Shown here: piece after piece, positions 1 through 11,755 of the stretch
Layout: each line of letters opens with the position of its first letter
Position numbering within the stretch: position 1 is the stretch's first letter
Assembly: GCA_002633005.1 (NCBI GenBank)
Contig: NMRA01000117.1
Span: 62,001 to 126,000, forward strand
Direction of reading: 5' to 3'
Origin: Phoronis australis
Lineage: Eukaryota > Animalia > Phoronida
Length of the DNA: 64,000 bases
Made by a program: the position numbers and the translations under genes
Notes under the pieces: model-generated
Told to the model about the DNA's origin: nothing
Seen by the model: the letters and a program-made list of their open reading frames with translations, nothing else
Databases searched by the model: none

Positions 1-1279
1 GTCGTTTTTGTTTCCCACTTCTTGCTTCTAATTTGGCCAAAAACCAATATTATGGCGGAGACGACTTTTTGTTCTTCCAGTCAGTAACCTCCAAATGTAT
101 TCTTCTTGAGTAATTCAGCTCTTTTCTAAGTTCAATATTCTTCACGTTTAGGATCAACTTGTAAAAGAAGTTGCAATAGCTTGATGTATCCTTGGGTTTT
201 GCCACGTACTTTCCACAATCATTTAGTTTCAGCATTTATTTGTAGTCCTCCGTCGAAGCCTAATTGCTGTCTTGTAAAGGAAATCGTGCGTTCAAATCCC
301 ACTGGGGCCTTCCAAACATCATCTTTTGTAATATCAAGGTCATTACTATTGATAATCTCGTAATCTTATTTCAAAAAAAAACGAAAAATGCGAAAGAAGT
401 AAAATGGTCGAAAGCATCAATACACGTACACTAAACTAATAAAACGAAAGAGAAAGTTGTCATAGCCTGGTTTTATTTATGGAAACAAAAGATCGTGATT
501 TGGTTGGTTTCTTTGGTTTGCAAATGTAGGATCAACGATATGTGTAAGCGATTCTTACATTTACGCGGTAAACTGCTACGAAAAATCTGTTTACTGTAGC
601 AGTCACATAGAGCTTTCATATATACAGTCATAGCGTGTGGAACGAAACAACAGGACATATCGTCAGGAAACCAAAAGGTTCATTACGCCTCGTAGATGGG
701 GAACCGTTCAAAATGTTCTTGATTTTTGTGGCATCTAGTATCGTCTAGTATCTGTCGGTATGGAAATGGCAAATAGTTTGCAGTCAGGAAGCCATTCTCA
801 GGTAAACCCACTAAGTCTTCAAACACAATCACAATTTTGTTTTTCATTCAGGCGAATTCTTATGAATTTGATTTTTGCCGTCTATATCGTAAAGATATGC
901 CGTGAATATTTCATTCATAATGACGACTCATCTTGTATCAAATATTCTACTGACGATTTACAGTTCTGTATGTCACTTCACAGAATTGCCCGCAGTAAAC
1001 TTCAACTGTTGTTATTTGTATCTTTTTGAAAATTTCTGATGTAAAAATTGCGTTATTGTGGGCTTTTCAATTACTAATAGATAAATCTTGTATCTTATAT
1101 AAGTTCAATGTTTGGGTAACCGATAAACACAGTTGATTGATACTTTGGTTTTCTTTGGAAATGATCTTCACTAACTCGCGTCCAAACCACAGTCTGTACT
1201 ATATGCGGCGTTTGACCACGGGGCAGTTTATTCTGCAATACACAACCGTCGTATGATACACATTTAGTTACCCGTCTCG

Positions 1280-1465
1280 TTTTCTCACGACCAATACAAG
1301 AATAACATGAGTAAGAAAATAAATATGAAATCACCGGATATGATTTCGCCACAGATAAAAAGTGGGTTGGATTAGTCTGCCGCGTGTCTGTTTACAGCTG
1401 CCAATCAACCGAAATGCAAGCATTGATTAGCTGCAGTCGCGCAGAGCAGGCACAGGGGCGGCGCT
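1280..1465 (+). promoter_or_regulatory. Putative SoxE proximal promoter
   Basis: CpG-rich sequence 140-330 bp upstream of the ATG. CCAAT boxes at ~1291 and 1401-1405, GC box GGGCGG at 1456-1461, Fox-type TGTTTAC at 1389-1395, Su(H)/RBPJ-type TTCTCACG at 1282-1289. TSS not determinable. Confidence 0.45.
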
Positions 1466-1604
1466 AAAGCAAAACCACATGTTGAATACACATTTTGACA
1501 ATATTGAACTTGCCTAATTTAAACCCCGAAAAGTTCTTTTGGGTTCATATCGAATCTCATTACCACACAATCAACTTCTATCAATCTTCAGAGGATATTC
1601 CAAA

Positions 1605-1924
1605 ATGAGCGATTCTGACGCAAGTTATTCAACAGAATCTCGGGAGTCCAGTCCGGATAGGATTATTTCTAAGCCTGACGGCAAGCCATCAGATGAGCTT
1701 ACAACTGATATCCACAATGCAGTTAGCAGGGTTCTCAAAGGTTACGACTGGTCGCTGGTGCCCATGCCAACACGGGGACCAAACGGTGAAAAGAGAAAAC
1801 CGCACATCAAGAGACCCATGAATGCGTTCATGGTTTGGGCTCAAGCTGCAAGAAGAAAGTTAGCCGACCAGTATCCACACTTGCACAATGCTGAGCTCAG
1901 CAAAACGCTTGGAAAGTTATGGAG
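1605..1924 (+). CDS. SoxE: SoxE (Sox8/9/10 group) HMG-box transcription factor, coding exon 1: dimerisation domain and first half of HMG box
   Basis: ATG at 1605 (AAAATGA). Encodes [20 protein letters not shown] (SoxE dimerisation domain) and [43 protein letters not shown]. Ends AG|GTGAGT at 1924/1925, the conserved phase-2 HMG-box intron of SoxE genes. Confidence 0.97.
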
Positions 1925-4900
1925 GTGAGTTGTTCATGTACTGTACGTAGCAGTCCGACACTTGCAGCCAATAATTAAACCGCATAAATGCTAAGTAATT
2001 CCACCGTGCTCTTTTTTAGATTTTGAAAATCAACGTTCCTTTTTCGGGTAGTTTACAATCACTTTTACATTGGACGGTAATCAAGACGCCAACAGTCGTA
2101 GGATGAAATTCAGGGCAAGATCATTTGCATTATCAAAGCTCGAGAACTGCTATGGAACACAATTCTTCAATGTTTTTCAGCCAGCACGGAATTTAGTGAA
2201 TCACCTTGTTAAACTCGAGTGTCGACTTTGCCCTCTGACCAATTTTATAGACATGTGTCGTCTTGGACACTAAGTTTTTGATGGGAATTACTGTCATTTT
2301 ATTGGGGAGTTCATCGAAAAACCATTCGTCCTCAGGCAATTTACTCTGCAATCTATTTATATTTGACAAAGAGTTATATCCTTTTTCTAAAATAAGTCCA
2401 CTCACCCGTTAATAAGAAGGGTGTTATTACATCCCTAAGAATAGGGGAGATAACTTAGGAAAGTACATTAATTTTAGGTTTTATGCTTGAATTTCCAGAC
2501 GAGTTAGGTTTTGACAAGTAAATAAATAAAATATTCTTAAAAGTTTTCAAGTAATTTCTAATTACTGTTTCTTCATCACACAGCTTTTAGAGCTGTTTAT
2601 TTTAGATGGTTTTATAATGGTAATCATTAAAAGTAATAATCATTAAAAATAATAATCACGGTAAAGACCAAATGAAAATATGAAGCCATCCAACTAAGTA
2701 GGCCTATTTTCAAAAGCAATAGATTGGAACTCAAAACCCATCCTTTCGCTCTTCCTGTAGAGCAGTTTCCAATTTCAAAGGTACACGTTCTTTATAAATA
2801 TTGTTTACACAGACGGCGACCTGTCGTAGCCCAGGCACGTGCAATGGGCGTATTTCTTCTGGCGATTGAAGGTAGTGTTTAGACAGGTTTCACTTCCTCT
2901 ATACAAACGTCACGAAACGTGTAGCATCCAGGGTCGCAAAGATTCTGTCCGTAATACTTTGAAAAAGTTAAAACCTCTTTCAACTGGCAGGTAAAAGTGC
3001 AAACACTCCGGTATGTAACTCGGAATTTGAAGAAAACCTATCCTTCTGAACACAGCTGTTGGACAATTAGAACGAATCTGCAATTGTGGACGTTACGTGC
3101 TTGTTTTATCCCTTTCAATCATTTGACTTTTGTGTATTCATGAGGACCCCGTAATTAACGTTTTATGCAAATAGCAATTAACGGTTGTGTAGTGCGGTAA
3201 GCTTGATGTAACCCTACTAAAAGAATTAGAGATCACGCCGCACACGCGTATCTAACAATACATTCGGCAATCCATCAATGGTTTTATGACACTATTTGTG
3301 ACAGAACAACCGGTGATGCAAGCCCATAGTTCATTAGCTGGTATCCCAGCCTGTGGTCTGGGGTGCAAACACTAATAGGAAACCAGATGTAAGACCCAGT
3401 GGGCACGTGCGGAAAATTGGTATTACCATTAACACGAATTATGCGTATTTATCATATGACAAATAGCAGTGGGTAATTTTCCCTTTCGAGTCTCGTTGCA
3501 GTCAATACCCGTTTTACGCTTTCGAGTTTTTGTCAACACAAAACACTAGATATATGGAGAAAGTCTGTCAGAATACGTAACAGTTAGGATCGGTTTCACG
3601 CTGGGTGTCCGACAATGACCATTCGGCTACTGGATGCGTAAACACAAGGGTTGATGAAACGGGGATATACATGCATGTATTGGCATAAGTGGGCTTCATT
3701 TTCGTCAGTTGTTTATGAAGAGTTAAAAAATGCAGTTCACATTACGGGATATCGTGTTTTATACATCAAGATATTTATTTGTACAAAGTATTGCTACTAT
3801 ATTAAATTTAAACCAATCACGCCTAGGAAAACCAAGGAAAAACGTGTTGTTAGAAAAGTAACTACATTATTTCTGCTAGTTTAAATAAGATAAATGTTTG
3901 CAATTAAGGTTTGAGTAGAAGGCAATAAAGCAAGCTAATTAAATTTACAGCCATTTAATTTTGTGTACACTGAGTATGTATTGGTTCCACTCAGAGTCTG
4001 CAAGTGATAGTGCTGTCACATTCCTGGAGTTAATGGAATGAACTAAAATCACCAACTGTCAATTTTAGTTTGGAGACAAAATTATTTTGACCCAAAGTTA
4101 ATATTGATTTAATGAACAGCGTGGGACAAGGGTTTAATGATGGGTAGAGTTGAATTAATATGCCGTGTTAACAATGTGTTGTTGCGAAACCTACTAAGTT
4201 GTTAATAGGTGACTCAATATTTTTTGTGTTCGAAGCTGACGTTATTGGCCAAAACAAAGCAACGATAATTCAATTAATTCAACCACCTTGGCGATAGTCA
4301 CGCGTCCGGTTACAACGTCTCAGTGCGGTGGGTGTGGTTTTTTTCGTTAGCAGATTTTGGTGGTCAGGTATTTCCTTATCGTATCCAGTCGGTGATCCCT
4401 AATCAGTCAATGACAACCGAGTGACGTTTCGCTAAAGTGGAATAAACTACGTGACAAATGAAGTGAGATTTCATGGCCCACGAGGACGCTTTCCTTCGAA
4501 AACTGTGGTCCCCCTCCCCCTCTACCCTTTACTACTTCCCAGAGAATCGACAATGCTGCTTAAAATGTTTGCTCGAAAACAACCTAACATGTGTCTTGAA
4601 TAATTAGCAATTACTTTCTATTTAAACACAAATTAAAGCCATTCTTTCCAGAGATATTTCTTGACCTGAATCTTGTTGTTGCTGGCGGCACCTTTGATTT
4701 AACATGTGGTTACCGATCGGGTGAGAGCAGGGGTCGGCAAACGTTGTTCTGTATTGCGGAAAGCAGCACTCCCACGCGTTAGCATTGGAAATGCTGATTC
4801 ACTGACCCAACTTTCAGGAAGAAACTAAAATGACTGTTTCTACTACAAAACGCCCCAGCTATCGCATTTAATTCCATAAATCGCTTTTTGATAAAACAAT

Positions 4901-5480
4901 ACAGGATGTACCGATGTATTATTTTATCGGATTTCAATGTAATTTATTATGGTGAAGTTTTTTTAATCTCCAAATCGTGAATCAATCTGAAATGACTGGA
5001 GTTAATTACTTTACAAAAACACCGCCACCAACGTTGATGACATCCAAAAATTACCAACACGAGATCACGTATTATTGAGAATGAACATAGGTGGCGCTTT
5101 AAAACAACGAAACCTCTCGTTTATGATGAAGTTCGTAATAAAAAGGCAAAAATGCCAATTTAAATGACTGTGGTTTGATTGCGTAAAGCATTGCATTTGA
5201 GTTCACAAACCTTTAACGCGATTAAAAAACAAGAGATGGCTAGACCAATGGACTAATAATTGTTTGGCCATGGCTCATGTGTTCACCATATTCCTACTTA
5301 AAACCGGGACAATTTTGTTAAATAACAAAAACACGTGATAGAGATGGAAATCATAACTTTTTGGAGACATTAGGCAAGGGTGTGGTTGAAAAAGATTCCC
5401 ACGTTGTCTGTCAAAACAAAGGAGAGTTTCAGTATGATGTCTACTCAAAATTCACCAATATTATATCCGTGTGTTGGCAG

Positions 5481-5644
5481 GTTATTGAGTGAAGCCGAGA
5501 AAAGACCATTCGTGGATGAAGCAGAACGCTTGCGACTACAGCATAAGAAAGACTACCCAGAGTACAAGTACCAGCCAAGGCGACGAAAACCTCTCAAGGG
5601 GTCCAACAACAGCACGAGCGAAAACCAAGGACAATTGTCGCCAG
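5481..5644 (+). CDS. SoxE: SoxE coding exon 2: second half of HMG box
   Basis: Acceptor GGCAG|G at 5480/5481 completes the AG|G Arg codon. Encodes [36 protein letters not shown]. Donor CCAG|GTGAGT at 5644/5645 (phase 1). Confidence 0.96.
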
Positions 5645-5873
5645 GTGAGTTTGAGCCTTGATCGAACAAGTGTGATAAGATGATAACGACTACACTCGAG
5701 TTGTTCACCCAAGCCTACTTTATTTCCATAAATGCTCCTTATTTGTTTATTTTGTTTTTGGTCTCGCTTGGGTCATCTTTGGTAATTTCACCGAGCAAAC
5801 CAAAATCTTTGCCACAGCAAGCACGCTACGGTTAAAAGTAGCTCCAATACAATAAGCTTCATCGCTATTGTAG

Positions 5874-6020
5874 GTATGCTGTATAAGTCCATACAAGACG
5901 ACCACTCTCCCGTGTCGGACTGCATGATGGGAAGTCCTGGACATACGGCTCACGGTCCACCGACACCACCTACCACACCAAACCAGCAAGAAATAATGAT
6001 GAAAATGGCCAAGGCTGCTG
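5874..6020 (+). CDS. SoxE: SoxE coding exon 3 (GPPTPPTTP motif)
   Basis: Acceptor TTGTAG|GT at 5873/5874 (G+GT=Gly, in phase). Encodes MLYKSIQ...HGPPTPPTTP, the SoxE-specific motif. Donor CTG|GTAAGC at 6020/6021 (phase 1). Confidence 0.9.
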
Positions 6021-6268
6021 GTAAGCCGCAAATAGATCTTCCAAAATTTTGTTCACTAAAATTATCTTCTACGTAAGGACTGGCAATAACGACTACTGCG
6101 GAACTATTTTTCTACATGAAGACGGAATTTGTACCCGCACTTTAATAAGATCATCCATTCCAGTACCTCTGCATAGCTGTCGTTTTGATTTCACTTTAAG
6201 CCGTTGGTGTTACCTGAAGTTTACTATTTTCATTGGTTACACTACTAACGAAGTTGTTTTCATTTTAG

Positions 6269-6894
6269 GACATGGCATCGACTTCAGTCGAGTGGACATA
6301 GGTGACCTGAGCGCTGAGGTCAATTTGGACGCTATCGAGGCAGAAGAGTTCGACCAATACCTCCCGCCTAATAGACTTCCCTGTAACTATGGTCACCAGT
6401 CATCGACCGCAACCACTTGGATGAACACCTATCGTGCCTCGGTGTGCCAAGAAAACCGTTCCCATGGTTACCAAGTTTCACCCAGCGGTGGACCGCAGCC
6501 ACTTCAAGACCACCGCACATACTCCAACCTGACTGGTAGCCAGCTCTCGCCGTCGCATGGTCTTCCTGGAAACCGTAGTCATGGTTACACAACCCTGACA
6601 CCGAGGCAACACTCTCCATCATCCATTCCAAGCAATATGGCTACCAGTTACCATAGTGACTCTGAAAGCACATTGGGCCCACAGTGCGAAGTGAAGGTAG
6701 AGATGGTCCCGCCATCCCAATATCAACGAGACCCCAAGTACTACGAAATGACCCCAGTTGCGTACCAGGAATCTTACCCGGTTACTACAACCAACAGTTA
6801 TTATTCTCAGGACTATTACAACCCAGCAGTGTCGTCTTCCGCACCCTTATTACTGACTGCCAATGGGCAATGGGATCGCTACGGACGACCATGA
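6269..6894 (+). CDS. SoxE: SoxE coding exon 4 (K2/TAM region and C-terminal transactivation region, stop)
   Basis: Branch point TACTAAC at 6243-6249 and acceptor TTTTAG|GA at 6268/6269. Encodes IDFSRVDIGDLS...EFDQYLPP (SoxE K2/TAM motif) and a P/S/Q/Y-rich tail ending QWDRYGRP-TGA. Exon lengths 320+164+147+626=1257 nt = 418 aa plus stop. Confidence 0.93.
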
Positions 6895-7385
6895 ACAATA
6901 ACTTTGCGTAATCTACGTGTATTTAAAAGTGTGATTTTTATGTTTTAACGTATTGTATTTTGTAAACTATTTATGATCTCCAAACAGTGCACGTGTAAGG
7001 CAACGTTGAAAGTGACACTGAGGTAAACAAGCTGAATCCACCCATTGTGAACGAAGTTAGGGGGAATCTCTAAGCTACGGCCATGTTATCATTCCTTTTG
7101 AAGCAAGACTGGTGAATGGTTTGAATGCTGTGAGCGATAGTATTTTGAGGGAAATACTGTATTATTGTGTAAATACCAACTGTGCAGCATGATTAAAGGG
7201 AATTTATTAGTGTTTACTAATTATAGTTTTTGCATGAATTTCCGACCGTATTGTTATTACTTTTATTTTACCAACACTGGTTGCAAATTTTATTAGTATT
7301 TTTAGTATTTTATTAAGTTCTAAATTGTAGATGCTATTTATGTTAACGTATTATGAATAAAGGTGTAAAAATACTTATTTCGTGT
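6895..7385 (+). promoter_or_regulatory. SoxE 3' UTR with poly(A) signal AATAAA (7356-7361)
   Basis: AU-rich sequence after the stop. AATAAA at 7356-7361 is followed about 20 nt later by GT/T-rich CGTGTTTTG. Pumilio element TGTAAATA at 7168-7175, several ATTTA, bantam seed match at 6973-6980. Confidence 0.7.
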
Positions 7386-10300
7386 TTTGCATCAAACGAC
7401 AGCTGTTTAATTCCTATCAAAGATTACTGATACACCAACATGCTGCATTGTGCCACAGACATGTGAAGATAAGATGAAACTGTCTCTTTAACTAAATTTT
7501 GACAGTTTTCATTCGCTTTTCAAGAAATTAAGTATCACCGGCAGATTTAATGCTGCGTGTTTGTATACATCTGAAATGTAAATATTTAAAGACTTAACAA
7601 AACACACTTCCTGTGTTTAAAAACCCGTGGAAAATTGTCCATCGCGTCAAGACATCCGATATCATTGACAGGGGTTTAGTAGATCACACTTGAGCTCCCT
7701 ATGTATACAGTGATGAGCTAGTTTTACGGGAGGATGTTATATCTCCCAGCTATTTCTAGATTGTTAGTTCTCGGGTGGCTCACGCATTTTTTTACAACCT
7801 AATGGGCGCGGGACGAACAAAATTATGCTAAATATATACAAAATAGCCGCGAGAAAAGTGTGACACGATTTTACCCCATATCAAGTGAAAAACTACATAC
7901 CAGACTAAACGCACAAAACCTAACACTAGAAATGCATACATGCGCATACGAATATCGTTATTGCAGCTATGAGAGAGGTAGAAATGATACAGTCATTAAC
8001 TTATATACAATAAAACAAAACAAACAATGATATGTTAATACAAACCGGAGATCTAGAAAGGCAGGAAACAACAATTAAGTTGCTTAAAATAACGACCAAA
8101 CGACTACGGATGGTTGTACCCTATTGTTTCATTGGAGTTATTTACGTTATAAAATGAATGAATCTATGTATTGTGTCTAAGGAGAACCCAACCTCGATGA
8201 GGCTTACAATATTGTAGCAATTAAACGATAATTACTTGATAACAATATTTTGTGACGTTAAAAGAAATACTCCCTTTCGTAAATGAGTGAAATTTAGAAA
8301 AATGCTCATTTCAGCAGTGATGAAAAACTACTTCTAGCCTTTCTAATTCTGCGTCACAGAGGAGGGACGCTGTAGTCATCAGTGTTTTAGCCAAGTTCCC
8401 GTTTCTTGCTTACAGCGTCCATTTTACATGACAAAATAGAAAGTAAGCGCTCCATAAAAGTTCTATCAACAATAACAAATTCAATTCCGATTTTAGAGTG
8501 GGCAATAACTGTACCACTTCTTGTAAAATTCTTAAAATGAAATGAGCAATTGTCTAGAAGAATTTGTGTAAGACCCAAATGAATCGATAATAATAGTAAT
8601 AACACACAATTATATCCGGCCGTTGCTGGTTTGTGACGTTGACCAAATGTCTCTTCTAGACAGTGGTTCAATCGCTTCGAGAGTTCGCTAAAGCAACGGA
8701 CACAAATAAGTTTACATTCACAGACAACTAGTCCAGGAAACCAGATACCTCGGCCATGTGTCCCATACAATCTGTAATCAGGCTTATTTGAGTAGCTACA
8801 TCACCACCTGTGTCCCATTTCAAAACATTTTTTCTGGTCATATTTCAGTAATAGCCACTTTATATCTTGTGATTTACTGTAGCTTTTAGCTTCTTAACCA
8901 AAACAGCGCGAGTAATCCCATCTCATCAAATAAGCTGTATTTAATGACCGCCGATGGAAAATCGCTTTACTTTTCGGTTGTACGTTTTAACGGTGTGTTG
9001 AAAAGCGATGAACGCGGTGATGATCGGTGAAATGGAAATGAAGTCAATCTATGCGACCAGATTATGAGATGTCCGTTATCCTTGAAAACGCGTTCAACTT
9101 CATTTACAATTACTAGATTCAGATTTGAAAGCAATAATATACAGCTGCCAACTGTTCCAAGTGATAAACAACTTCTAAAACGGAACTAGCACAAAACGAA
9201 AACAGCAGCTTTAAAATTTTTCATTACGTACTTTCAATGGTTATGAACTAGAGATACACATACTTTGGGATCCGTGCGAGAGAAACAAGCGGTTGTGTGA
9301 AGAAGAGTTACATCACGAGTAAATGACAGTGACTGACTCACGCCATATCACTTCTTTAGTGTTGTCAAGTGTTTATAAACAGTGAAAGTTGCATGTTATC
9401 TTAGTGATCTCCAGTACCACGCCAAGAATTTAAGTTTTGTGCTGTTTTAGAATTTCACACTGCTTAAGTACTTTTAATTACGTAACATGTTCAACATGCC
9501 TGAATGGCTCATGGGAAAGCAGTATATTTAGTGTCTTGGGTGAGCAAAAGGTCATTACCACACCAATGACAAAACCTGAGACAAAAGTGTTGGTCTTTTC
9601 TATGAAGCAGGCACAAACATCATTTTTCGCTATGACAAAAAAAGTTCAAGCAAGGCCTGTCCACTAATTTTTCAGCATAGTATCAGTACCATTGCACACA
9701 TTAACATATTTCAGTGTATTTAGTTTCAATAATAGTATGTTACCATTTTGTGAATGGTTTCGTTTCAGGGTTCCTTATTCCCAGCCCCCCCCCTTTGTTT
9801 GTGAATAAATAAACCAATAAGTGAAACTCAGTATTTGTAGGATCGCAACTTGTGTTAAAATGAGGAAACCAAATGCAAAGCTGACCAAAACGAACAAAAT
9901 ATCTTCATTTGTCCATCTACCATTACAAATTCAAATGCAATTATATATAGCTATCAAACTTTCCATCTTCAGCAGTGATCAGGACAAACACAATTATTAA
10001 AATTTGTAACCTTTTCTGACCTAATCATGTTCACCCTTCTGTTGAACATACCAAGATAAGGCAGCCAAATTAATAGGTGTCAGAAATATGAACACATCAA
10101 CACATTAAACATTTCAACAGAATAATAAAAATGATGATTCACTTGTGACCCCCAAGATTACAGGTTGTTAACAAAGACATTTGGATAATAATCTTTACAG
10201 GCATACTCATAACTTTATCAAGAGGATGGTAGTTGACAGATAAGTAGACAATGAAGTGGATAATGTATTAGTGGTGCAAATCTTTTATCAAATAACTTTC

Positions 10301-10618
10301 ACTTAATGAACAAGTCCCACCACAAACAGGTTACATACAAGGGTGATATTTCACTCTCCCTTTGTTGCAAACATTCAAAAACACCCAAAGGCAAATTTAC
10401 ATTTCCATATGCACTAGACAAACTCGGACAGAAAAAAATATCTTGAATGATTCAGAGCTAGACTAAGTATTACAGTATACGACTAGTAAACTCGAAATTC
10501 TGCACATTTCATTATTCACAAAATAGCACTACTGTCTAAGTCTACCACTCTCAGACAACAACTATCCGAAGTTCTTCTCTCCCCTGGGATCAACTTGCTC
10601 TGGAGGTAATTTAAACAA

Positions 10619-10679
10619 AATCAGTTTTCACAATGATCTCAGAAATTCAACAAATCTGTAAAATCAATGTGAAAACCAG
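10619..10679 (-). ncRNA. bantam: bantam microRNA precursor (mature 3p arm 10619-10641; 5p/star arm ~10655-10679)
   Basis: The reverse complement of 10619-10641 is UGAGAUCAUUGUGAAAACUGAUU, the bantam mature sequence (seed GAGAUCA) in the form I recall for lophotrochozoans. The reverse complement of 10655-10679 is CUGGUUUUCACAUUGAUUUUACAGA, a bantam-star-like arm that pairs with it across a short loop containing UGU. Lower stem ACGAAA/UUUUGU. Confidence 0.96.
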
Positions 10680-11119
10680 TTTCGTAATTTTGTAGAAAAC
10701 CAACTGCACAGAGATTCTGAACCATAGATCTGTAAAATAAAAATGCATAACATTTAGAAACATACATTTTAAAGTATATTTATACACACCAGTTAGGCTA
10801 CTATCTGTAACACGAAAGTAACCGTTAAAAAACCTCTATCCAAACAAGTTGTCCCCACCATAAAAATGTTACGAAAAGAATGCCAAATCGCAATTTAATC
10901 GATTGCCAATTGGTTTAAAATAAGCAAATACCAGATCACAAAGATAAAATATCAAGCACGTTAAAAAGCTCGGGTGTCTATTCTAAAGCACATTTCCAAT
11001 GATGTTATCAATTAATAGAACATGACAATATAATAAGATGTAGTCATTATTAATTTGTGAATATTGCCCATGGGTCTCATAAAGAGCTTCCACCCAAGAC
11101 TGAAATTCTGACACTTGGT

Positions 11120-11335
11120 GTTCGTTTCATGGAAGTGACTTACTTAAGACCTAAGACAGAAATTTACACTCAGACATCACTACTGCTGAAAAATGGTTTA
11201 GCAACACAATTAGCAGTTATGCTATATTCTCACATACTTTGCACTTTTGTTTTAAGTGAGATTTAATATTTTTTCAGAGGAATATTGTACCGAATCAAAT
11301 TTCTGACTTAAGTCTTAGTCACTTGTAGTGAAAGA
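11120..11335. mobile_element. Degenerate MITE (long imperfect inverted repeats)
   Basis: AAGTGACT..TAAGACCTAAGACAGAAATTT..CTGAAAAA (~11132-11193) is mirrored by TTTTTCAG..AAATTTCTGACTTAAGTCTTAGTCACTT (~11270-11324). Confidence 0.55.
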
Positions 11336-11713
11336 CAGTTGCCTTAACACATGCAAGTAGGTATTTTACAAATAGTGTAGTATTACAACCCCAGTAGATA
11401 CTATAAAATAAATCACAATACCACTTTCATAGTAAAAGCTTGCTGGTAAATCCCATAGAAAATATAAAAGATCTGATTTTTTCAGTTTTGAAGTAATCCA
11501 CAATAAGAAAACCACACACTAAATGCAAATCAAAGTGCAGTGTTATTTTGCATCCACTCCCAATACAGAAGTGTCAGTGAAAATTCATAGTAAATTGACA
11601 CAGGGATTAATTTGCAAGATCAGTTTATTCACTGGCTATAGAAGACAGGGCCAATTATTAAACAGCATGAGATGTCAAGCTATCAAGGTGACAGAGTACA
11701 AGGCAGAAAGAGA

Positions 11714-11755
11714 AGGGTGTATGATATCCCTCTCAGGGTGTATAATATCCCTCTC
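11714..11755. repeat. 21-bp tandem duplication
   Basis: AGGGTGTATGATATCCCTCTC followed by AGGGTGTATAATATCCCTCTC. Confidence 0.8.

Noticed and set aside
1539-1604. N-terminal extension in ORF-track entry 1539..1928
   Set aside because: Starts at TTG, not ATG. The first in-frame ATG with good context is at 1605.
6049-6268. First 73 aa of the 281-aa ORF (6049..6894)
   Set aside because: Intron 3 read-through: it lies between the GTAAGC donor at 6021 and the TACTAAC/TTTTAG acceptor at 6268, and has no SoxE similarity.
8387-8770. 127-aa minus-strand ORF downstream of SoxE
   Set aside because: Non-ATG start and no recognisable domain in the frames examined. A TTACAG acceptor at ~8772 could be a non-coding exon, but nothing else supports it.
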